A DNA stretch of 64,000 nt, taken from Eutreptiella sp. 'Long Island Sound 2002' (lineage: Eukaryota; Protista; Euglenida). Made by a program: the position numbers and the translations under genes. Position 1 is the first letter of the stretch; the number at the start of each line of letters is the position of its first letter. The stretch spans positions 1,736,001 through 1,800,000 of the forward strand of contig OZ038379.1 in the NCBI GenBank assembly GCA_964036045.1, written 5' to 3'. This document shows positions 52,201-63,425 of this stretch, one piece after another. The notes under the pieces were generated by a model. The model searched no databases. It was not told the origin of the DNA and saw nothing but the letters and a program-made list of their open reading frames with translations.

Positions 52201-54562
52201 ACTTTAGCTGTGGAGAACAGCTATGCTGTGTACCATGGGGGGGACAATCCAGTCATGGTTTTGCCTATGCCCCCCCAGCCCCCCCTGTACAATGAACTGT
52301 GACAGCACACGACACATACCAAAGTCCAGGCACTCCACCCCTGACCATACAAGAATCGACACTGCACTCACCTCAAAAGCAAAGATTTATATCCCCGCAA
52401 CACACAAAAATGCTATAGAGATTTGCATTCTTGATACAGCCACTCTCCACAAGTGTGGAAGATACACCCAGAGATGATCAGATGAACCAAAGAGTCTACA
52501 CCAACACACAATGGGCAGGCTTTGGGCAAGGCAGGGTTCATCAGGTGGTGAAACGTAGTTGATGCCTTTGTTTGGCATTTTGCACGCTGATGGATTTGCA
52601 AATCAGGTTGCCAGTGCATGCGCAACTCCCCCCCCCTCCAAATCGCCAGGAAATCTCAATACATCGGTGCAACAAATCATCGGACCGATTTTCTGACAAA
52701 ACAGCTTCCCACTGACTTGGATCACGGTTTCAGGCCCCAAACGCACCTTCCTTTTGGTTGTTTGGCAATTAGAGTCATGTGGAAACCCAAAGTGCCTTTC
52801 AACTTTCGAAAAAAAATTCACCCTTTGGTCTGTACATGGTCCTTGAACAGTTGCATATCTGGCACAGTCAGTACCCTGTGGTCAGTGCACTAGTGCCGCA
52901 GTTGAATGCTGCGGGTTAAAAGGGGGGGCACCAACAAAGGCTGCCGATGTGCTGCGGTGGAATCCAGAATCGCTTTGTTATCACTCGAAAAAATCACTCG
53001 AAAAAAATCACTCGAAAAAAATCACTCGAAACAGCGAAGTTGAGACACCGAGTGGCATGCAGGGAGCAGAGCTGTCGCTGGCGGACAAGATGTGCATGTC
53101 CTCTGCCACGTCAACCCTGTGCACAGAATGTGCAGGCACTTCCCCCATGTATCACAGGACATCTGTCCTGCCCCCTCCTCCGGGGCTGGGCGACCGACCA
53201 AAGAACCGGCTGTGGTGGTGCATGGGGCAGGGGTTGGGGGACTGACCGAAGAACCGGCGGTGGTGGTGCATCAGGCGGGGCTGGGCAACCGACTTTAGCT
53301 GTGGAGAACAGCTATGCTGTGTACCATGGGGGGGACAATCCAGTCATGGTTTTGCCTGTGCCCCCCCAGCCCCCCCTGTACAATGAACTGTGACAGCACA
53401 CGACACATACCAAAGTCCAGGCACTCCACCCCTGACCATACAAGAATCGACACTGCACTCACCTCAAAAGCAAAGATTTATATCCCCGCAACACACAAAA
53501 ATGCTATAGAGATTTGCATTCTTGATACAGCCACTCTCCACAAGTGTGGAAGATACACCCAGAGATGATCAGATGAACCAAAGAGTCTACACCAACACAC
53601 AATGGGCAGGCTTTGGGCAAGGCAGGGTTCATCAGGTGGTGAAACGTAGTTGATGCCTTTGTTTGGCATTTTGCACGCTGATGGATTTGCAAATCAGGTT
53701 GCCAGTGCATGCGCAACCCCCCCCCCCCCCCTCCAAATCGCCAGGAAATCTCAATACATCGGTGCAACAAATCATCGGACCGATTTTCTGACAAAACAGC
53801 TTCCCACTGACTTGGATCACGGTTTCAGGCCCCAAACGCACCTTCCTTTTGGTTGTTTGGCAATTAGAGTCATGTGGAAACCCAAAGTGCCTTTCAACTT
53901 TCGAAAAAAAATTCACCCTTCGGTCTGTACATGGTCCTTGAACAGTTGCATATCTAGCACAGTCAGTACCCTGTGGTCAGTGCACTAGTGCCGCAGTTGA
54001 ATGCTGCGGGTTAAAAGGGGGGGCACCAACAACGGCTGCCGATGTGCTGCTGTGGAATCCAGAATCGCTTTGTTATCACTCGAAAAAATCACTCGAAAAA
54101 AATCACTCGAAAAAAATCACTCGAAACAGCGAAGTTGAGACACCGAGTGGCATGCAGGGAGCAGAGCTGTCGCTGGCGGACAAGATGTGCATGTCCTCTG
54201 CCACGTCAACCCTGTGCACAGAATGTGCAGGCACTTCCCCCATGTATCACAGGACATCTGTCCTGCCCTCTCCTCCGGGGCTGGGCGACCGACCAAAGAA
54301 CCGGCTGTGGTGGTGCATGGGGCAGGGGTTGGGGGACTGACCGAAGAACCGGCGGTGGTGGTGCATCAGGCGGGGCTGGGCAACCGACTTTAGCTGTGGA
54401 GAACAGCTATGCTGTGTACCATGGGGGGGACAATCCAGTCATGGTTTTGCCTGTGCCCCCCCAGCCCCCCCTGTGCAATGAACTGTGACAGCACACGACA
54501 CATACCAAAGTCCAGGCACTCCACCCCTGACCATACAAGAATCGACACTGCACTCACCTCAA
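31207..54562. repeat. 23.4-kb tandem array (macrosatellite) of a ~1.09-kb unit, structure P(QRP)x21
   Basis: The marker atgtgctgctgtggaatccag (one copy with a SNP) recurs 21 times from 32211 to 54042 at 1067-1097 bp spacing. The array begins and ends with the ~434-bp segment P. Units differ by a few SNPs, homopolymer lengths and the copy number of a 13-14-bp tcactcgaaaaaa(a) sub-repeat. Confidence 0.98.
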
Positions 54563-55400
54563 CTCCAACACTGAATGGGGATGTACCAATTTGCACCCCT
54601 TCGGGTCTGCACCCCTGTGTGTATGCAATGTCCCTCAAGGCAGACCATGGTACCCCCCCCGTTCGCATCTTTGACTGTCAAACGTCGCTAACGGGTCACA
54701 CCAAAGCATGCTTGTGTGTGAACGCACACAGCAGACAGATCATGCAACCAAAAAATGAATAGTATGGGCACCACATATCCAATGTGGGGTCTCTTCTGCT
54801 GCAATAGGAGCAATCAAATTTGATGGCCTACGGGCTGAGGTCACAGAGGCCAGCCAAAACAACTGCTATATTGTCTTCTCAGATGGCAGAAGGAATTTAT
54901 TCAATCTTGCAAAGATGATTGGGACTGCAATGTGAAGGTCGTGCAATAAAGCAACCAGGTCACACAAATCGGCATCAAAAGTTCAGAATAATCTGAGATG
55001 TGGGCGAGGTGTAAGGGACCGTAGAGTACTGTCCAAAACCGATCTGTGTGGTGGTGTCTGACCCACACATACGTATGTCCGCAAAGATGTCCGCCAAGGA
55101 ATCCTCAAAATTGGACCAGACAGACAGAAGTGGAACCAGACAAGGTGTATGCAGGTTCCTAGGAGAGCCATCATCCTTCAGCTTAGACGAGGCGTTCCAC
55201 CACAGAACTTCTTTGCCAGGATCAAATGGTGCCAGGTCCAAATGGTGCATGAAAGAAAGGGTAGTAAGACCCCCAGGGACAGACATGCATGCTGAAACAG
55301 CTCCTAGATGCACAAACCAGTTGCCTATGGCTCTACCACTGGCAAAAATTCCACACAAACGGTCCCCCACATCGTCATGTTGCACTTGGCACCGTATTGA
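54563..55400 (-). mobile_element. Unclassified degenerate element, right arm
   Basis: Frame continuity into P (ORF 54390-54668), protein-like ORF 54975-55385, and Cys-rich remnants near 54700-54830. Confidence 0.4.
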
Positions 55401-55689
55401 TTTGGACCCAAAGAAAATATGGTCTCTCCAGGGCCCAGGGCTTAGACAATGTGGTTGTGGAACAAGAGGGGGGGGGGGGGTTGAGACCTAATTAAGGTGA
55501 GCCAAGCGAAGGTGTAGGTGGAAAAAACCTTTGCTAGACTCACCTTGTTTAACACAGCTCCCTGCGAAGAGCTACTGGATTGCAGCCACTCAAAGGCACA
55601 TAACTTCAAAAAGGAGCGGGAATGAGAGATGATGCAAATTGGTGTGAGAAACGAAACGCACTGTCAGGGCGAGAACCTGATGTATTTGT

Positions 55690-55810
55690 GCTTTTCGGAG
55701 TGTCGTCTACATACAGCGGAAGTGTTCCGGGTGACCAAGCTGCTCAGGGTCCTTGATGAGGGAAAGACACCATTCATTACCCGCAAGAGGGGGGTTAGGC
55801 AGGGTCACAA
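55690..55810 (+). pseudogene. Short LINE RT fragment
   Basis: PFITRKRGVRQG motif in ORF 55629-55829. Confidence 0.5.
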
Positions 55811-57159
55811 GACTTACTTGGTTAGTTGAAAAGAAAGGCTGTGTGCCTGACCAAGTCCGGGCGTGTGGGGCATTGAAGAGTGAGAGCAGGTTGGGACAAC
55901 AGCGAATAACTTGGAGGGCTTGACACGTCCGGACCTGTGAACGTGGACAGCCAAATCGTCCCCCTATGCAACTACTCTTGCCCACTGGCGTGTGTGTTCT
56001 TGCGCTCCTCCCTGGGGGGCAGGGGGGGGACGGGGAACACCATCCTGACGACTGTGACACAAGTGAAATCCTCGGATTACGAAGGGGCTGAGGCCAGAAT
56101 TGTCAATGGGGAAATGTGAATACTCATCTTCTAATCTCCGAATGGCTGCACTGTGCCGAGGGCGCCTCCCTGCGCTGACGGGCGCACCATCTCGTGGTGC
56201 CTGCACCAGTTGACAGCGGCACCACCTGGTGGTACTGACACCCACCGACATCCGCAGCCTCCAGGGGCCGCTACACATGAACAACCGCCCCATCCGCTGG
56301 TTGCATACATTCTGACAGCTGCACCGCCCGGCGGCACATCTTCGCAACGACAGCGGCACCATCTAGTTGCTTCCACGAGGTCCATTGTACAACGTGACAG
56401 ACATCACAGGACCGGGTCTCCTTCTTCGTCATTTCAGTCGGCTCAGCCTCGGCCGGCACCAATTGCCGGGTCAGGCCACCACCACCCGCCCAACGGTCAC
56501 CCGCCAACAGTCGGCCACCTGAAGCGTGCGCACCTGAAGCATAGCCTGGGTGAGCGAGACATTGGATCAACGGACTGGCCCGCCCTCCGCAGCCGGACAT
56601 GGGGCGCCCTGCTCGTCCCAGCGACCGGGTCGGACCTCATCCCAAAGCACCTCAACAGGCGTGTAGCGTGTTGTGCACGAGGGTGGACAAGAGGCTCGTG
56701 CAGCGTGCGGGGGCAGCGATTGAGACTGCCTGGCTTCCTCCACTGAAGAGTACTGCCATAGTGATCAGGTCAGTACCCCCCCACCCTTGTCCTAGCTAGC
56801 AAAAGTCCCAAATTAATACGGTCCCTTCACCTACTGTAGCTTGGACAAGGCCGTAGACACCCAGGTTCAAAAAGAGAAGATTGCATGTTGAGCTGGTGCA
56901 AGAAAGGGGCATATGGTGCACAAATATCCCCAAAATCAGAGCTATGTGGGTTCAAATGCGCAACACTCACAACAAAGGTGTCCATGACTCTATGTGGCTG
57001 GCAAATTCGTCACCAAACCCATTCTTATGTGGCTGCACTACATTTGATACTGAAGGAAGAAAGGTCCCAAATTAATACCGTCCCTACGCCTACTGTAGCT
57101 TGGACAAGGGCGTAGCTAGCCAAGGGGGGGGGGGGGTAGGTGTTTAGTCAATTGGTGAT

Positions 57160-57300
57160 AAGTGTTCCAGCTGTTTGAAAGTCGGCAGAACAAATCAGCA
57201 AAATCCCAGAAACCCAAGGAATTGGCAGAACAAATCGGCGAAATCCAGAAATCCAACAAATCGGCCGAACAAATCGGCGAGGTCGGCCGAATTCGGCCGC
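57160..57300. repeat. Cluster of short degenerate repeats (ggcagaacaaatcggcg-like)
   Basis: gaacaaatc(a/g)gc occurs three times, plus a fourth aacaaatcggc, within ~110 bp. Confidence 0.7.
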
Positions 57301-57775
57301 CTATGGGGCCATGAGCAACGGATACTGGACTCGCATACACCCCCGTGACATAGGCATGTGGTCATGGCCACAAAGCACAGAAGTCTATGAAATGCACCGT
57401 TATCACCCTAAAGACCAACGCAAGTAGCCGGTGCAGCCTCTGCTCAGTCTCTGGCATTCTCAGCCCGATCCGCACATAATTGGCAGCCCGCGCCTCAAGT
57501 GCCGATGGGACGAGGTCCACGATAAAACCCACCAAGACAACAAACGCAACACGTTCCTCATCAAGTAGTATGCACCATGCCTCGTGCTCATGCTTCTTCG
57601 GTTCGCGAGGGCGCATGCGGGTATTTGCAGCCCGTTGACAGTGACTCGCACTGCTGGAGGTCTCGCCTCACACCAAAATCATTGCTGAAAAAAAAAACGC
57701 ACAATCCTCCCAAACCCTTCAACCTTGAATGTACCCCCTACTGCAATGTAATAAAACAAAGCAGCAGCTCCGTGG

Positions 57776-57846
57776 CTGGCCGACCGGGGTTCGAACCCGT
57801 GAACTGTGTCCTGTGCATGCTGTGCATTTCCGGTATGCTACGTCAC
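57776..57846 (-). ncRNA. Degenerate tRNA-like sequence 1 (SINE head or pseudo-tRNA)
   Basis: A-box-like gacgtagcataccgg, T-arm cggg-ttcgaac-cccg, 3' end gtcggcca; anticodon arm not canonical. Confidence 0.5.
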
Positions 57847-58290
57847 CTTCGCCGTAGTAACGGTCACCCAAACCACCCATGCTTACTAATCCTCCAACCT
57901 CCCTATGACACTACACCTGGACCCGTCTGCACGCCGAAAGCAGAGCCACTCCCATCGGCTCCCGCGTACCTGGCCTCCAACCCAAAGAGCACTGTGACGT
58001 GAGTGTCCTGTGCGTTTCAAGTATGCTCCCATCCCTCACTACAAGGATGATACCACCCGTTGTGCTCGGCTTACACACACCCGGCTCCATCTGAGTGACA
58101 CGCATAACCACCTTCAACTGGTTTTTCTGCCCAAAAACGATCTCCCTCCGATGGGGAGCACAAGACATTTGGACGACACTCGTGACCATCCTCCACCGGA
58201 TGCTCTGCCTCAAAAACGACGGTTGGGAACACAAGATACGGTCGACGAGAGGGCTATATTCATCGATCACTACACAAGTCCAACCAGTTA

Positions 58291-58362
58291 TGTGCCCCCC
58301 GGGATTCGAAACCCCCCACCTTGAGGAGCGCTGGCGGCATGCGTAACCACTACGACAGGTAC
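58291..58362 (-). ncRNA. Degenerate tRNA-like sequence 2
   Basis: gtacctgtcgtagtggttacgc...gggtttcgaatccc ggggggcaca: ~72 nt with A/B boxes and a partial acceptor stem. Confidence 0.5.
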
Positions 58363-58431
58363 ATCTATGGAACCCTTCGGCTCTGGCATACACAACAAAG
58401 CACTTGAAACTGGCCGTTCGGTGCATCTCCA

Positions 58432-58500
58432 TCCCCACTGGGGTTCGAACCCCCGTCCGGGGGATTGGGCGCTCATTGCATTACCTCTATACTACCGTTG
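58432..58500 (-). ncRNA. Degenerate tRNA-like sequence 3 (Asp/Gly-like)
   Basis: ggtagtatagaggtaa...ggacgggggttcgaacccc agtgggga resembles the tRNA-Asp D- and T-arm consensus. Confidence 0.5.
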
Positions 58501-58545
58501 ACGATACATAAAGAAACAACTACCCTACCAAGTCATGGGCCCAAA

Positions 58546-59325
58546 GGGGGAATGTTTGCCCGGCGCGCGCCCGGCGCGCTACTTTTGGACTATGTTCCCC
58601 CCGAAGAGCCCCCAAGCACACCCCTTGGAAACACCCTTAGAATTAGGTGACCCAAATTGCCCCAGCTCAAGAAAGTTGCAAAGTGGGGTACACAGTACCA
58701 CTCTCGCTCCTTTAAGGGCGATCTTGGTCAACACCTTAGCAAGTTGGGAGAATGGGGGGTTAGGATAGCACAACCGCATCGATCTCCAGTAGAAGCGATA
58801 GGCGTTATTGAGGTATCGCGAACAGTAGAGCTGCATCATAACATTGGTCCCACAAGTGTGGGTGTCAATACATTCAGTACAATAGTGCTCCTTACACTCA
58901 TCACAAACTGCGACGGTGGAGCGTTGTGGCAACACAACACACACACTTCTGCCTCATCCTCTGCCTCATCTTGCGTGCCACAACCGGGCAAACGGCTGCT
59001 CAATGCATGCCCTATACCACACGTGCACGTCATTGTAACATTGTTGGCGGGATGTCAAAGTGCCATTCTTTCTTCCAATGAATGGCACAGTGACATGAAT
59101 CTGGCCCTTATAAGCACCATCATGGCCCCCAACTTCGAAATCAAAGAAATCACCTCGGGTACGAGAAGGTCCATACCCATCCCAAATCAAAACATCTGCT
59201 GATGTCCCGGGGGCCAAGGGGCAAATCCATATAATATTGCCCAACATATCAACGGCAACAGTCCACCGGTAGGGCACGGGTCACAAAAGATGCCCTGCGC
59301 GCGCCCGGCGCGCTAACGTTCCCCC
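58546..59325 (-). mobile_element. Non-autonomous PIF/Harbinger-like DNA transposon, copy 2 (780 bp)
   Basis: TIRs GGGGGAATGTTTGC / GCTAACGTTCCCCC; TSD AAA (58543-58545 and 59326-59328). DDE core in ORF 58966-59277; Cys finger plus NPPF fragment in ORF 58579-58944. Confidence 0.9.
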
Positions 59326-59329
59326 AAAA

Positions 59330-60560
59330 GCCGCCTGGCCCTTTTGCGTGACCGATACCCCTCATTGTCACTGACATCCGTGCTGGGTCTAGACGCTGTA
59401 CCCTCACTGTCCTCGTATCCTGACAACAACTCTGCATATAGGCCACTACTCTATAACTCGTCCCGCAGTTCGGAGGCCCCAGTGGAGCCCCTGCTGGCAA
59501 TGTCTGACAATGCACCATCGCCCAGCATGACCTCCCTCCCAACTGACGACGACTGCCTATCACTGTCGGACGACAAACTATCCCGCAAATCCTGTGCTAT
59601 CCCCGCTGGACTCACCGCAGTTCCGAGCTTGAACCTGCCCACTTTGCACAACCCCCCACAACGGACTTTGGCACATTCCCTCTGCCGCCAAGCCCCCAGT
59701 GGAGCCCCTGCTGGCAATGTGTGACAATGCACCATCGCCCAGCATGACCTCCCTCCCAACTGACGACGATTGCCTATCACTGTCGGACGACAAACTATCC
59801 CGCAAATCCTGTGCTATCCCCGCTGGACTCACCGCAGTTCCGAGCTTGAACCTGCCCACTTTGCACAACCCCCCACAACGGACTTTGGCACATTCCCTCT
59901 GCCGCCAAGCCCCCAGTGGAGCCCCTGCTGGCAATGTGTGACAATGCACCATCGCCCAGCATGACCTCCCTCCCAACTGACGACGACTGCCTATCACTGT
60001 CGGACGACAAACTATCCCGCAAATCCTGTGCTATCCCCGCTGGACTCACCGCAGTTCCGAGCTTGAACCTGCCCACTTTGCACAACCCCCCACAACGGAC
60101 TTTGGCACATTCCCTCTGCCGCCAAGCCATTCGCTATCTCATTCCCCTCTAGCCCTACATGTGAAGGCGCCCACAGCCACTGCAATCTTGGACCTAATTC
60201 CTCTACCAACTCCAACAGCTCTACCCACAGATGCACATTCGACGGCAGACCATTACTACCCATCCAACCCTGTGCCCTCCACTTCTCCGCTTTACCCGTG
60301 GCCCCCAAATACACATACTCTGAGTGCGTTACCACACAAAAACGTGTCAACACCGTATTGAACAACTTCGACCTGTTATGACAACCAGTAGCTCAGCCGT
60401 GTTATTTGTTTGGTGTTCCTCACCATCTATCGGTACTGCAATACGGACTTCCTGGCACTGTTCCGTTGCCGGAACATAGACCCCCTATCGGGGGGGGGGG
60501 GAGGGTTTGCTTCACTGCAATTTTTGGGTTGCATTCCCCATCGGTAATGGGAGAACATCC
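59330..60560 (-). pseudogene. RNase H1 with acidic/Ser-rich tail, 3' end of a retroelement ORF
   Basis: QTNNTAELL, THSEYVYLGATG, SNVHLW, WLWAPSHVGLEGNEIAN; tail ends ...SDNEGYRSRKRARR at the Harbinger insertion. Confidence 0.85.
59477..60127. repeat. Three tandem near-identical copies of a 217-bp segment
   Basis: Identical ORF starts at 59699 and 59916 (217 bp apart); unit ccccagtggagcccctgctggc...ctctgccgccaagcc. Confidence 0.95.
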
Positions 60561-60914
60561 TGGTTTCCCTGGTTGCCCAGGCTTTTTGGTTGCTGCCACT
60601 GAAAGCTATTTTACAAGCCCTTTGTGCAAACGCAAAACGTCTTTCCAAGTTGCCCAGGCTGGCTGCAGTGTTTAGGGTGAGGCTTAGAAATACATACAAC
60701 ACTCAACATACAATGCATGCACACCAGTCAATTCCCTTGGGCATCAGTCACGGTGTGCACATGGAAAGTGGGTCAGGGTCTGTCTCATCTGGGGTGTATG
60801 TCTTCAGGGTCTTCAGGCGGTTGAACCTTTCGGGCCGAGTAGGTGCTGAGCAGGCTGCCAAGCTTGCACGAAAGTGAAAATACTCACAAATGGGTCACTC
60901 ACACCTTCCAGGTT

Positions 60915-61720
60915 GGCCTGTGCAAGCCTAAACCTGCGATGGGGGGAGGGGGGCAATAGTTCTTGCTGGTCGCACCACCACATTGGTCTGCAAACTTCAC
61001 ATAGATGCGATACCCACGATGCACTCAATCACCACCCGCTGCTGCCATCTCTTTGCCAATGTTCTACATTGTGCTGCAATCTGCGTCAAATCCTGTTATA
61101 CTCGCCTCATCTTTTTGCTCTTGGAGGGGGGGCATGATCTCATTGCAAACTCTGCTGGCACTGCGAGGTTCATAACAGGCTGATGCCAACTGATGCTCAT
61201 TGTTCCCAGGCCCTGCTGCTCTGCTGCTGGGCTACATCAACAACAACACGCAATCCCATCTACTACCTCCCATTCTGACAGGTAGGGCACGCCCCAAATC
61301 ACCTCAGCACGTCAGAATACCCGGGACACTACACCAGAATCGGCGCCACAAGTCCTGTTTCTTTTGGGGGTGGGGTGGGGGAGAACTCTGTGTTTGGTAC
61401 TGAGGACTTGCAAACTTTTCACAAATGGGGCATCTCACATGTAGAATTCACCACACGCTTGGGAAGCCCAGGGAATGAAGGCAAAAACCCATAGCTCATA
61501 CAAGCCCTCATAGTTGCTGGACGCACAGAAATGCTGTCCCAGAAAGCACAATTTGGATCGCCTGGACAATCAAAAGGATTGACCCAAAAGCAAAGAGTTA
61601 TATCTGCGCAACACCCAAAAATGCTATAGAGATTTGCATTCTTGGTACAGCCACTCTGCCACAAGCCTGGAAGAAACACCGAGAGATGATCAGATGAACG
61701 AAAGAGTCTATACCAACACG
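60915..61720 (+). repeat. Dispersed repeat family B, copy 3
   Basis: Colinear with 28690-29430. Confidence 0.9.
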
Positions 61721-63425
61721 CAATGCCACCCTGCCATCAAAACTTACTGGGCTTTGGCCTGTCATGTGGGCAAATTCGACTCACAACAGGTTTTTGAGAT
61801 CAGTTATCAGACTGCACTGGTGGCATGCCTTTGACTGCAGTCCAGTCATGCAGAACTTCGGAGGCACCATGCTTGCAGACAATCGTTTTCTGCTGTTTGC
61901 CACGGTGAGGAGGGCCTGGACAACAGCCAACACAGAGTCTTTTGTGCAGCAGACATAGCGCACAATAGTGCATTGAGCGCAGAGGTCTGTCAATGCAGTG
62001 GGAGGAGTGGCGGAGATGGCATGTGTATTCAAACAAGTTAAAATGGGCTTTGTGGGTATGCACACAGAGAACACCTGCTGCAAATGTGAACGACGGGGAA
62101 GAACATTCCAAAAAGGTGGAGTAAAACTCAAAAGAGTAGGTGTGGTGCAGGGGGGGAGTGGGCATGGGAAGGAATGTGTACATGGTGCAATGAATTTGGG
62201 TATTTTGCTATGATGGGTACTTGCTCGAATGAAATGCTGCCTGTTCGGGGGGGGGGGGGGGCTGAGCTGCATGGCTGGATGTGGCATGTGTGACCCAATG
62301 GCAAATGAGTCAGCAACGTCGGGCGCATGCAGGACAACAAGGCGCTCTACAAATGCACGTCCTGGTATGCATACCGGGGGGGGGGGGGATTGGTGTGGGC
62401 ATATTTAGGTAAGGCAAAATTCGGTGAGGGGAAAATTTGGTCCAAATCTCAAATACCGTGGAAAAATGTGTACAAATTTTCCAAATAATGGGCAATGCAG
62501 GAATGTAACTGGAGACCTGCAGTTTGGAGGTGTAGTACTTCTACAATTCAGCTATCTGCTTTCCCTGCAACTCACCTGTGAAACAGGTTTCAAAGTGAAA
62601 ACATGATGTCTCCAACAATTCAGACCCTCGGAACCTTGTAATGGAGAGAAAATGTGCATAGATCTGGTAAAGGCAAGAACGTGGCTTCGGTCCTTAAATA
62701 CCACAGCAAAATGTGGTACAATTTTGCTGTGCCACATTTCGCCGTTCCGACTTTCGCACCTGCCGAATCCCCCCCCCCCCCCGGTATGCAGCAATGGTCA
62801 GCAGTTCGTTTCGCATACTCATATCCAACAAATCAGGGATAGTTATATGTACAATCTGTCAGGCTGGTCCTAAGCTTCATCTTCGCTTGGCCGTGTTTTG
62901 TCAGAGAACTCTAGCCTACATGTTACTGCACAAAGGGTGGGTCGACCATCTGGTTTGCACGGTAAGCTTGCCTGGCGCTGACTTCATTGGCCAGCTCGCT
63001 GTTATCCCCCTTTCGTCACGGGAAAGGCAAATCGAGAGAATGCGGGGAGAGTGGAGAGGGAAAAGAAAAGAAAACCTGACAGCAAATAAACTTTGCAGAA
63101 ACAGCATCAACACTTGACAGCATGTGCGGGGACAAGATCTTGGGGCTTCATCCATGGCTAAGCCTCCTTTGCAGGGTTCTTGTAGAAGAGACCGAATCCC
63201 CCATGGCATCACCAACACCGGGCGGTTGATACGACCCCAACGAGGAGGACCACTGCATGGAGGCGGACTGCGCGGATTTCCTGCGCTGGGCAGCCTGAAC
63301 TTTCAAGCATCTACAGGACATGTGCTAAAGCGCGCAGTATACCGCAATGCCTTTCCTTTGTATGGGGTATCAGGATCGCCACAGTCTGTACCTACCAGTG
63401 CACGAAGTGCGTGAAGAGATGATGA

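Noticed and set aside
32211-54488. The many repeated 60-148 aa ORFs in the array as a tandem gene family
   Set aside because: They overlap in several frames on both strands, change with homopolymer length between units, and show no codon bias or domain.
31207-54562. Array unit as a 5S rRNA, spliced-leader RNA or snRNA gene repeat
   Set aside because: No 5S, SL or Sm-site sequence that I recognise on either strand, and the unit is demonstrably a composite of TE fragments. An Infernal/Rfam scan would be the decisive test.
54700-54850. CxC/KDZ transposase assignment for the array's host element
   Set aside because: Only scattered Cys pairs across stops, with no recognisable catalytic core.
56130-56760. 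Host gene exon with PPGGAAV repeats
   Set aside because: No consistent frame or domain, so it cannot be supported as a CDS.
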